DNA of 64,000 nucleotides from Paragordius varius (lineage: Eukaryota > Animalia > Nematomorpha). This document shows, one piece after another, positions 41,812 to 52,425 of the stretch. The stretch's first letter is position 1. Each line of letters starts with the position of its first letter. The translations under genes were made by a program, and so were the position numbers. The stretch lies in contig OZ176051.1 of NCBI GenBank assembly GCA_964247055.1, positions 8,804,001-8,868,000 on the forward strand, written 5' to 3'. Below the pieces are notes generated by a model. It ran no database searches and was not told the DNA's origin. It was given only the letters and a program-made list of their open reading frames with translations.

Positions 41812-42543
41812 GATGATATTGTGCCTCAAGATTGCGAAAACTTTTTTTGGAGTGCGGTAAGCCTTGGTACAAAACCAAATTATTTCTCATAACATCATCG
41901 TCTGGGTTGTGAAGATAAAAGGTGTAAGCATGCGATATTGCGGAATCAATATGACCTATCTGGCAAATACATATATATATATATATATATATATGTATAA
42001 TAAATTCAACCATTCATAAAAAACAAATTAATGCATAATATATATGTTCGATTATTTTTATTTGACACAAAACATTGAGGATTATCTTTTTTAATTAAAA
42101 TAAGCATATTCTAAACCTAAAATTTTTTAGGTAAAAATGTTTACTTTGAAATAACAATACTGTAAATATTCATGAATTTTGTGATTTGAAATCAAATCAT
42201 CTGTAGCTTCATGGGGTACTAATGGACGATGTAAAAATATTTGATTACGACACCGAACTAAGCACAATGTTTCATTAAGTAAACCAAAGTAAAATGTATA
42301 TTCTTCAAAAATATTATCATCCTCATATAAACACGCCGAATAACATTTCAATAAAGTATCTTTAAAATATTTGTAATCTTCTAAAGCACGACGCATAAAT
42401 GAAATACAGTGTGGCCAATTTTGATCATAATAAGATTCCACGCCTCGTTTGTATAATACATGGTAAGTTACATCGGGATAATCAATTAATGCAAAAATAC
42501 ATTGAAAAAATAATATAAGCAAAATTGTCATACCAAATAGCAT
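37833..42543 (-). CDS. CRTAP: Cartilage-associated protein / SC65 (leprecan family, no dioxygenase domain); complement join(42145..42543,41810..41959,39568..39739,38489..38889,37833..38129)
   Basis: Signal-peptide-like N-terminus. Leprecan motifs YKRGVESYYDQNW..MRRAL, CxxxC pairs, YLQYCYFK, AYTFYLHNPDDDVMRNNL, NWLEAIDYFEEAL, HYHYLQYSYYK, FVPRQEVLDY. All intron phases are consistent. CRTAP versus P3H4/SC65 orthology is unresolved. Confidence 0.85.
40170..40440 (-). pseudogene. Penelope-like retroelement GIY-YIG endonuclease fragment
   Basis: Minus translation AYKVTCEYG*DIGT...KSSIAEHCWKENRNVSFDNI resembles the PLE VYxIxC..YIGxT...SAxAEH motifs. Confidence 0.65.
40670..40880 (-). pseudogene. 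Penelope-like retroelement reverse transcriptase fragment
   Basis: Minus translation DGLMRPIVPTKNSSLYSLAQHLAEYLQTFLKNELKNSFEFID, then a frameshift to LLISLDVESL, matching the PLE RT motifs RPIV..Y.LA.YL..KNS..F and SLDVESL. Confidence 0.72.
41370..41575 (+). pseudogene. 3' fragment of an RTE-like non-LTR retrotransposon
   Basis: WAGHI...KSGRPHTSWLNTITKDL matches the WxGH..GRP..W.D...DL C-terminal motif. It is followed by a (TGA)n-like tail near 41563. Confidence 0.65.
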
Positions 42544-42607
42544 ACACTCATAATTTTAAATTTATTACTGCTAGCTTATAAGAAATTATAATAATAAAAT
42601 ATATTTG

Positions 42608-43404
42608 TTAAATTTCAATATCATCATCAAATGTTTCTTCAGGAAAATCTCCAACAATCACACATTCAGGTCTAACAAAACCTCCATATTTATTATCGCA
42701 AACAAAATATCGTTTTCCATTTACGCTATTATATTTTTAGAAAATAAACCTTCCATCATTTTTCCCCAATGGCTCATCATATTTAACTCCTACCCAAACT
42801 CCAGGCTTGAAATCAGTGTTTCCTGCAATGTTTTTAAAAAATAAACCTGTGTACATTATAGTTCCAAGTTTTGTTAGACCATTTATAATAATTTTACATC
42901 TATCACCAATGTTCATGTTTTTTAAAAGATTAATTTTATTAGAATCATTCTTATCACCGCTTATTTTGTTATAGCCCATTTCAGCTAGGAATTTCCTAGC
43001 AGAATCTAAAATATAATATAAAAATACTGGGCCTATTTGAGTATTCTTGATCTGATATTTCAAGTTTGGGAATAGCGTTTAAGTCATCATATATACCTTT
43101 TTTAATCGTATTATCAGTAACCTTATATAAAAAGTGTATAAACTTCTATATCAATATTTTCTATCGTATCGGGTATGTAATCAGCCAATGTTTTAGTAAT
43201 ATTTAAATCGTCAAACCAAATAGTACCATCTTTTTTCAATATTTTGATTTGCATATTATCTAAGGTAGCGCCTGTGATAAAAACCAATTTTTCCTGATCA
43301 AATTAATATAAAACTACTTTAAGCTGATTAATTGTCAGATTTCTTTCAACCCTTTTGTTATAAAAATTGTTAGAAAAATTGGTCCGTATATCGAGTGATA
43401 ACAT
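42608..43404 (-). CDS. TBCB: Tubulin-folding cofactor B (Ubl + CAP-Gly); complement join(43318..43404,43144..43293,43028..43121,42847..43005,42750..42822,42608..42725)
   Basis: Spliced product LTINQLK|[10 protein letters not shown]|[17 protein letters not shown]|NSARKFL..GTIMYT|[24 protein letters not shown]|[27 protein letters not shown] aligns to TBCB. This needs five GT-AG introns of 24, 22, 22, 24 and 24 nt. The start could instead be the in-frame ATG at 43431. Confidence 0.93.
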
Positions 43405-43867
43405 AAGGAGAAAAGACTGTAAAATCGTCATATGATTTCGGATAAAAATTTGTTGATAACAACCGTCCCAATAAAAATATCGTTTATACCGGGAAAACAA
43501 ATTATTTTAATCAATAATACTTAATATATGTGGACGTGATATTCGCTGATATCATCCATGTCTTTGCAAAATTTAAATCATTTATATATATTAAAATTTT
43601 TGGTTTTTAGGGTAGTTTTGTATTCACGGAGTTTTAACATTTTGTTAAATATCCATTACATTTTGGGCTGATTTTATATCCCAGAGCTTAAAGATATATT
43701 TAAATGTATTAAAGGTTGTTTTCCGAAAATTTAATTATCAACTATCTTGTCCAATTATTTATAAAAATGGTTAATATTTTCAGTTTTCTAATTCCTTGAA
43801 CAGATAGTAAACGGCTCCATCAAAATTTTTTACAGTCCGTTTAAATTTAAACAAATAACAACATTAA

Positions 43868-44100
43868 CACTTCGATTCAAATTAAGGTATCTAAATACCC
43901 CAGTAAATTTGAGTTAGGATTTTTAAAAACTACCGAAGGAAACAGTCCCAATTTAAATTTATGCTTTTATCCTAATAAAAATTATATAAATATGCAAATT
44001 ATCTAAATAAACTTTTGTTTTGAAAAAAAAGTTCCAGGTCATACTACTTCGACGGTATTTTTATTTTACATAATTTTTGCAAAATATCGTCTTTTTATTT
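43868..44100. mobile_element. Half of a piggyBac MITE (CACTTCGATT end), cut at a TTAA by piggyBac copy A
   Basis: TTAA|CACTTCGATTCAAATTAAGGTATCTAAATACCCC followed by MITE internal sequence up to the TTAA at 44101. Confidence 0.7.
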
Positions 44101-45348
44101 TTAACACTTGGATTCATCACATTCACTTTAGTCCTTCGATATAAATTGGGGTAGTTAAATACCCCAGGCCTTTTTAAAGCAAATAATTTACTAAACACCT
44201 ATTGTTTTTAAGTTCTATCGCTTATTTTATATTTATTAATGCCTAATCAACTAAATACAACAGGATATTTACATTTTAATTCAAGTCACAACATGCTTCA
44301 GACAATCGATTTACAAATATCTATTATTTATGTTTAGCATCGCCATAACAGAGAGAAAATATCTTTAAAAGTAAGTTTTTGCAATTTATAGGCTTATAAA
44401 GACATATACTTGAATAACCTTATGTAAGATATTGGACAGTTATTGAATTCCGAGACGCAACTATAAAATTAGTCTTATAAATTTTGTAAAGAGATGTGCT
44501 TAAGCTGAAAACATACCACCTACTTTCTGAAGTAAATTTTACATTTAAGTTTACTAAAAAATAGAATTAATATCATGAAAGAAACAGAATCATATACACC
44601 AAGATGGTTTTGTCAACAGGTCATCAAAATTTATATAAATTATGATCTCCCAGAATTACAGAATAATGTTTTATTTAATGCTTTATATCTAATTATGTAT
44701 CTTTTTTATTCTTTGATATCAAATAAATTAAGCATTTTATTTTTTAGAAGTATGTTTATTATTCAGGTCAGTTAAACTCAAACCCCAGCCCGGGCATCTT
44801 ATTTCAATGCTATAAATTATTATATTATTTTTGTGTTTGTTTAAAAAATAATGCAATCTTTCTTAATTCTAAACCTTTCCATAAAATTTATGTGGTTTTG
44901 CTCATATTTTGATAATCAGATTAATCAAAATTGGTGAAAATTGCTATGTTATTCAAATTATGTAATATTTATCGGCATTATATTGTCATCGGTAAAATAT
45001 ATATTCGGCTAGTTGGTGAGTATTGAAGATTATACGATGGATAATCACATTCCGATTAACTGGATCAGTTATATATGTTTATGAAATTTAATCTCCACAC
45101 ATTTTATTTAAATTATTTTCATAGTTTATGCAAACAATTCAACAGCTAGCTCAACATTAGTAAACTTATCTCATAAAAGAATTATGGAGATAACAAATAC
45201 AAGAGACTTTCCTTTTGAAACAACCTTTTCAATAAACATATTTTAAGTCATGAATGTTGACTATGTGCTCAAGTTCAGAAAAAAATGATAATAAAAGTTA
45301 TTTGAATACTCATTTATTAACGTTTTATATAATATACAATATAAAAAT

Positions 45349-46891
45349 TCAGCAATTATTGCAATAAATTATTGTTTTTCTGTGGTTTTTGCACACCGCA
45401 TTTTGGCATACTTGGCAAAATATCACGGATTTTTTGTCCACAGATCTTGGACACAAATAGCACCTTGTATGACATATAAGTATGTATACCTTTTTGGCAC
45501 ATTAATATTATTCTGTTCTAAAATTCCCATCTTTTCTAAAGCCGAAAAAAATGATTTTGTTAACATTTTTTGTTTTTCTTGCAGACCCGAGGCAAGTTTT
45601 TTACTGAATTTCGTCCAAAAATAATCGTCGAGATAATTTATTCGTCCGATTATAATTGTGAATAAAATGTGGGCATTTACGCCTGCAATGTCAATAATAT
45701 TGAAAAACAGGCGTAGTGGCCATCGCTAACTGCCTCGTGATGCATACTACCTAACATGTAAACGGTTTTCTTTGGTCGCCTTATAGGCTACTAGAGTTAG
45801 ATCTTCATGAAATCCATGAACTGAGGCATAAAGATCGCTTTTTTTAAATCAAAATCACAGGGTATTTCTGGCTTGTTTGATCTCAATGTGCCTAATTAGA
45901 GATTATAAATATTTTTCATTATTAGACAAAAAATTATACCCACTAACGTCAACTGTTTATTCAATAATTCCTGTGCTAGTGGTATCGAAGTGAAGTAATT
46001 ATCAGTAGTTATGTTGTAACCACTGTGAAGGGGTTTCGTTAACTGTATAGCAACATTTTTTGCTAAGTTTTTACAAACGGATCCATCCGTCGATTTACCG
46101 GTGTATAAAACGCCATTATAACAATAACCATTTTCGGAGTCGCACAATAAAACAATTTCAAACCATACTTATCGGGTTTATTTGGATAAATTCTAAAGGA
46201 GCGATTCCCTATAATAAATAAAAAATATATACCCTTAAGACCAAGCAATTGTTCATCGATTGTTAGGTAATAACCAGGATCATATAAATTTCTTGAAGTA
46301 TAAAAAGGTTCCATATTTCAGATATCGCTGCACCTTTGACAAGATTCTAGTGTCTCTTGTTTCTTTATTATCAAAACGGAGATGTTTAAATATATTAAAA
46401 AATCTGGTGTAGGTCATGGTTGCCCCATTAAATGGATCAGATCTTTGATCGTAAAACAATTCTCTCAAAGGGACCATGTATGATTTGCGGACGCCCATAG
46501 CAATCAAGATACCTAAATATTTATATAGATAATATACCTAAAAAGGCATCAAATTCCTCCATATTCAAATAATTCCACGTGTCCGATTTGGCGTATTCAT
46601 TGGTATAGTTTATGATTAAATTTTTAATGTCATTAGTTATGATAGAATTGAATATCGTAAGGGGGTCCTGGATAATTCATTGCCCGGGATTAGGATTATG
46701 TTGGATTGCTTGATTTTAGTAGGATTTAAGTGTTTAATCCAAACAAATGATTTAGAATAAGCCAAATTTTCTATTATATTAAAATCTAAATAAATTTTTT
46801 TATACCTGAATCCGAAGATGAGGAGTCACTATCTACATCATCACTTAAAATATCTCGGCTACTATCAAAATTATCAGAAAATTCTTCCATA
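45349..46891 (-). pseudogene. piggyBac transposase pseudogene with micro-introns (copy A)
   Basis: Reverse complement of 52426-53970 with the same frameshifts; it lacks the CCA codon of the PGP motif. Confidence 0.88.
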
Positions 46892-47172
46892 ACAAAAAAA
46901 TAAATTCTTCGTATCAAAAAATACTTTAAATGATATCTTTGCAGGAAGTGGGATTGTGCAAACTTTAAAAATAAAATGTATTCTGGTAAAAAAATTCAAA
47001 AATAATTCTGGCGCCAACCAATTTGAGATGAGAATTTTTTTCAAAACTGAATTTTATTTGGATATTTTGGTTTAATTATATATTTTATATTGGGATAGAA
47101 GCATAAATTTAAATTAGGGCCATTCTATTGGGTAGTTTTTTAAGAATACCAATTTAAAAATGGTCTGAGGTA

Positions 47173-48592
47173 TACCATTTCCCAGTCTAAATAAACGTTT
47201 TCCCAGTCAATCGAAACGTTTTCCCAGTCAATCGAAACATTTTCCTAGTCAATCGAAACGTTTTCCCAATCAATCGAAACATTTTCCCAGTCAATCGAAA
47301 CGTTTTCCCAATCAATCGAAACATTTTCTCAGTTAATAAAAACATTTCCCCAATCAATAAAAACGGTTTTATTTTTGATGATAAATATCAAAACAAGATA
47401 TAAAAATAACTTTTAACCATTAGCGTAATATTGGGATATTATTTTTTTATAGAAACACAATTATTTAATGACAATTTTCCAAGTATATTCCAGTGGACAA
47501 TCATTAAGACTTATTCTTTTAAAATTATATTTTTGGAATTTGAGATGTTTTTAAGATAATATTTTTTATTTTATTTATGGTTCGCATTATTTGCGGCTAA
47601 CTAACAAAATCTATAGTTACGGATGAAATATTAAAAATAAAAATAATATACCATTTTTATCTCAAAGGTCATTTAACACTTCATATTGGATCTTAAACAA
47701 TAAATTTTACCCTAATTTTATAATATTTATCATTTGGTCATCGGGTTCCCAACGCGGCGTGCCGAGTATCTCTGTGCGGCCCACTAAAAATTTAGAAATC
47801 CATATGCAAAAATATGCCCACAAAATCTTATTAATATTCATATTTCTTACGAATTTCTCTGAATGAGGCTAGTAAATTGGTAACAAATTAAAAAAATTAC
47901 TAAATTTTTGTATTTTACAGTCTTATGTCTAATCGAAAAATTATTTATGAAATATATCGAATGCGGAACACCGTGCTTTTTGAGTAATGTGGCCCGCGAA
48001 GCCATTCGGTTGGACACCTCTGTTTTAGTCAAATATCTTATTAAATATTTTTAAATTTAGATATTTTTTCCGACAGTATTTTTATGGAAAAACTTGACAT
48101 TGTAAAAACTGTTTTGAAGCGTTCGGCAAATATTAATGCGAACCATCAATAAAATAAAAAAATCTTAAAAACATCTCAAATTACAAAAGATATAACTTTT
48201 AAAGAATAAATCATTAATGATTGTCCACAGGAATATACTTGAAAAATTGTCATTCAATAATTGTTTTTTCATGAAAAATAATATCCTAATATTACCCTGA
48301 TAATTGTTAAAAGTTAATTTTATGTCTTGTTTTAATATTTATCATCAAAAATAAAACGGTTTTTATTGACTGGGAAAACGTTTTTATTGATTGGGAAAAT
48401 GTTTTTATTGACTGGGAAAATGTTTCGATTGACTGGGAAAACGTTTTGATTGACTGGGAAAATGTTTCGATTGACTGGGAAAACGTTTCGATTGACTGGG
48501 AAAATGTTTCGATTGACTGGGAAAACGTTTCGATTGATTGGGAAAATGTTTCGATTGACTGGGAAAACGTTTATTTAGACTGGGAAATGGTA
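47173..48592. mobile_element. Foldback-type MITE (TA TSD, Tc1/mariner-like target) with ~420-bp arms containing 21-bp tandem repeats
   Basis: GG TA|TACCATTTCCCAG ... CTGGGAAATGGTA|TA TTTAG. The empty site GGGGTATTTAG in copy B shows a TA duplication. Repeat unit is CCCAGTCAATCGAAACGTTTT. Confidence 0.85.
47739..48022. mobile_element. hAT-like MITE in the loop of the foldback element (second copy reversed at ~49228-49505)
   Basis: Ends (C)GGGTTCCCAAC ... GTTGGACACCTCTG, with a GCGGCCC subterminal motif, like the hAT at 5812. Confidence 0.55.
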
Positions 48593-48744
48593 TATTTAGA
48601 TACCCCAATTTGAATCGAAGTGTTAATGTGACCAGATATTTTGAACTTTGACGCAGTACAAAATTAAAACATACTTTGCCTGTTTTTACACCATCGGTGT
48701 AGTTTATTACACAGTTTCCACAAAAAATATCCTGATGAAATATA

Positions 48745-50076
48745 AACCATTTCCCAGTCTAAATAAACGTTTTCCCAGTCAATCGAAACATTTTTCCAAT
48801 CAATCGAAACGTTTTCCCAGTCAATCGAAATGTTTTCCCAGTCAATAAAAACATTTCCCCAATCAATAAAAACGTTTTCCCAGTCAATAAAAACGGTTTT
48901 ATTTTTGATGCTAAATATCAAAACAAGAATATAAAAACAACTTTTAACCATTATTAGCGTAATATATGGAGATAATTTTTAATTAAAAACACAATTATTG
49001 AATGACAATTTTTTCAAGTATATTTTAGTGCACAACCATTAATGACTTATTCTTTGAATGTTATATTTTTGGAATTTGAGTTAAGATAATATTTTTTATT
49101 TTATAGATGGTTCCCATTAATATTTGCGGAACGCTTCACAATAGTTCTTAAATATGTCCGGTTTGTCGATAAAAATACTGTTGGAAAAAATATCAATATT
49201 TAATAAAAAGGATATTTGACTAAAAACAAGGGTATCCAACTGAATGCTTCGCGGGCCGCATTTTTAACTCAAAAAGCACACGGTTCCCCATACGGGTATT
49301 CACATATTTTTTCGATTAATAAGACTGTAAAATACAAACACAATATAACAAATTTTTTTAATTCATTACCAATTTAATAGATTCATTCATAATAATTGCG
49401 TAAGAAATATGAATATTACTAAGATTTTGGGGCATATTTTTGCATATGGTTTTCCAATTTTTTTGCTGCCCGCACAAAGATACTCGCCGCCTTAGGCTCC
49501 CAACCAAATTTTAAATATTATAAAATTAGTGTAAAATTTATGTTTAAGATCCAATATAAAGTGTTAAATGACCTTTGTGATAAAAATAGTATATTTTTGT
49601 AAATTTTATTAATTCCTCCGTAACTATAGATTCTTTAGATTAGCCGCATATATTAATGCGAACCATCGATAAAATAAAAACTCAAATTCCAAAAATATAA
49701 AATTTAAAGTATAAATCAATGATTGTGCACTGGTATATACTTGGAAAAATTGTCATACAATAATTGTGTTTTTAATTAAAAATAATATCCTAATGTTACG
49801 CTAATAATGGTTAAAAGTTATTTTTATATTCTTGTTTTGATATTTATCATCAAAAATAAAACCGTTTTTATTGACTGGGAAAAAGTTTTTATTGATTGGG
49901 AAAATGTTTTTATTGACTGGGAAAATGTTTCGATTGACTGGGAAAACGTTTCGATTGACTGGGAAAATGTTTCGATTGACTGGGAAAACGTTTCGATTGA
50001 CTGGGAAAACGTTTCGATTGATTGGGAAAATGTTTCGATTGACTGGGAAAACGTTTATTTAGACTGGGAAATGGTA
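48745..50076. mobile_element. Second copy of the 21-bp-repeat foldback MITE, loop in opposite orientation
   Basis: TA|AACCATTTCCCAG ... CTGGGAAATGGTA|(TA)n, with the same arms and 21-bp arrays as 47173-48592. Confidence 0.82.
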
Positions 50077-50521
50077 TATATATATATATATATATATATA
50101 TTTTTTCTGATAGGAAAATATTAGGATTATCATGGTGCTTTTGGTTTTTTTAAGAAAGTTATTTACCATTTTGAGGTATAATATGGCAAAAGGTGCTAAA
50201 TTTTTTCAAATATATTTGTTGGTTAAAGCTAAATGCTTTATTTCAAAAAATATCACTAAAATATAACATAAACTACAGATAAAAGCACAACAATATTTTT
50301 AAAAAATTTAAATTTTTAAATGTAAGCTCTGAAAGTCCCAAAATTTTTGGCATTTTTCAAATGGGCGTCTCTTTTGAAACAAACGCAAAAATTCCGTTGT
50401 GCATAATTTTAAATATATGCTAAATTTTGATATCAACTATATATTTTTTTTTAAAAATGCATACTTTCAAAAATTTAATTTTTAGGAAAATTTTGTTGAA
50501 GCATACTTCATACTATCTTAA

Positions 50522-51096
50522 CACTTCGATTCAAATTGGGGTATCTAAATACCCCAGACTAAATTTAAATTAAATTTTTTAAAAAACTACTGAAGGAAAC
50601 GGTCCCAATTTTAATTTTGCTTCTATCCTGATAAATATTATATAAATATGCCAAAATATCTTGATAAAATTTAGTTTTGAAAAAAAAGTTTCACCTCAAA
50701 CTACTTCGACGCCATTTTTATTTTACAAAAAATTTGCAAAATATCGTCTTCCTTTAATTTTAAGGGTAAAACTAAAGCTTATATTTTATATATATTACAT
50801 CTAACATTAATAGAAATGAAAAAGCGGTTTATTTTGTATTATTTTTTAATTTTACAATTTGACACATGTCACGTTGACTAAATTTTTACCTTTCAGTTTT
50901 AGCTCAAAATAAATAATATCAAGTATTTTTGAATAAATTTTTTTATATATTTCGGTTTATTAATGTTATATAGGTGCAAAATTTTGCCATGGTTTCGATT
51001 GCTTCCATACTTTTTAAACTATTTGATTTTAAACAGGCCTGGGGTATCCAACTACCCCAATTTGAATCAAAGGACTTAAATGAGTGTGTTGTAGTG
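50522..51096. mobile_element. piggyBac-family MITE
   Basis: TTAA|CACTTCGATTCAAATTGGGGTATC ... GTTGTAGTG|TTAA. Confidence 0.8.
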
Positions 51097-51889
51097 TTAA
51101 TGCATGATGGAAACGATATAAACGGTTGAGATGTTATAATATTATATATATATAATTCGATAAGGCTAATTTCCAAATCAGAATTTTGATTAAAATATTC
51201 GTTCGTTTTTAAATTTATGTTAAATAAAAATTGTGTTTCTCTACAAAAATTCACCAAAATCTGTACAAACAAACCTTTAAATTAAAATTCTAAACCTATA
51301 GTAATGTTCAAAATCATCGAATTATTTAAAAAAGGGGTTTTATTATTCTTAAAGCGTTATACCGTTTCCATCATGCTTCAAAATAGTTTGTAGTACGCTT
51401 TAACAAAATATCTCAAATTTGTTTATGAAAAAAATAAAAAAACTAATAAAAATTAAAGTTTAGGAAAAAAATTAAGAAATATCATACACCTAATGAGTGT
51501 AGAAAACGTTAAAACTCTTAGTTTTTGAATCGAAAAAAAGTTATTTCGAAATTATATGCCATATATGATAAATTTTAAATAATATGTTACGGGAATAACT
51601 ATTTTCTTTATAATTTTCGGTTCAATAATAATAACAAAAAATGAACTTTCTACACTTGATGAAACATAAAATATCATATTTATTTTGTTAATTTTAAATT
51701 TTGAGGCATCTCTTTTTGCGGGAGCCCTGAGTGAAAGCGCCATTAGGCTGAATCTTACGGTGGAGCCCGATATTTATAGTTTCGCCCCTGCGCGAAAGGC
51801 TGCAATATAAAAGGGTTTGACCGATCCAAAACCCAATTTTATGTATAATTCGAGCAGAAAATAAAATAATAACCAATTAAAAATAGGCC

Positions 51890-52111
51890 AATCTTAGGTA
51901 TATGGAAGGAATCGAAACCATGGCAAAATCTTGCACTTATAGAACATTAATAAAGCAAAATATATAAAAAAATTAATCAAAAATACTTGATATTCCTTAT
52001 TTTGAGCTAAAATCGAAAGGTAAAAATTTAGTCAACGTCACATGCGTGCAATGGTAAAATAAAATAATACATAATAAACAGCTTTTTCTATTTCTATCAA
52101 TGTTATATGTA
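51890..52111. mobile_element. Other half of a piggyBac MITE, cut at a TTAA by piggyBac copy B
   Basis: ATATGGAAGGAATCGAAACCATGGCAAAA...CTATTTCTATCAATG matches the interior of the MITEs at 11551 and 63454, and stops at TTAA 52112-52115. Confidence 0.65.
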
Positions 52112-52425
52112 TTAACACTTCGATTCAAATTGGGGTATCTAAATACCCCAGACCATTTTTAAATTGGTATTCTTAAAAAACTACCCAATAGAATGGCCCT
52201 AATTTAAGTTTATGCTTCTATCCCAATATAAAATATATAATTAAACCAAAATATCCAAATAAAATTCAGTTTTGAAAAAAATTCTCATCTCGAATTGGTT
52301 GGCGCCAGAATTATTTTTGAATTTTTTTACCAGAATACATCTTATTTTTAAAGTTTGCACAATCCCACTTCCTGCAAAGATATCATTTAAAGTATTTTTT
52401 GATACGAAGAATTTATTTTTTTGTT

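Larger units (their letters stand above)
44105..48622 (-). mobile_element. piggyBac element copy A (about 3.1 kb plus a 1.42-kb insertion)
   Basis: TTAA (44101-44104)|CACTTGGATT ... ATCGAAGTG|TTAA (48623-48626). Transposase remnant on the minus strand. Confidence 0.9.

Noticed and set aside
47190-47370. 21-bp array as a CRISPR array
   Set aside because: The units are contiguous with no unique spacers, there are no cas genes, and the context is eukaryotic.
48405-50124. ORFs with (FPSQSKR)n, (DWENVSI)n and (LTGKTFR)n repeats
   Set aside because: They are translations of the 21-bp tandem repeat in foldback arms, open in several frames on both strands.
51710-51800. Hammerhead ribozyme or tRNA-derived SINE
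   Set aside because: CTGAGTGA does not fit the CUGANGA core with the required stems, and there are no convincing A/B boxes.
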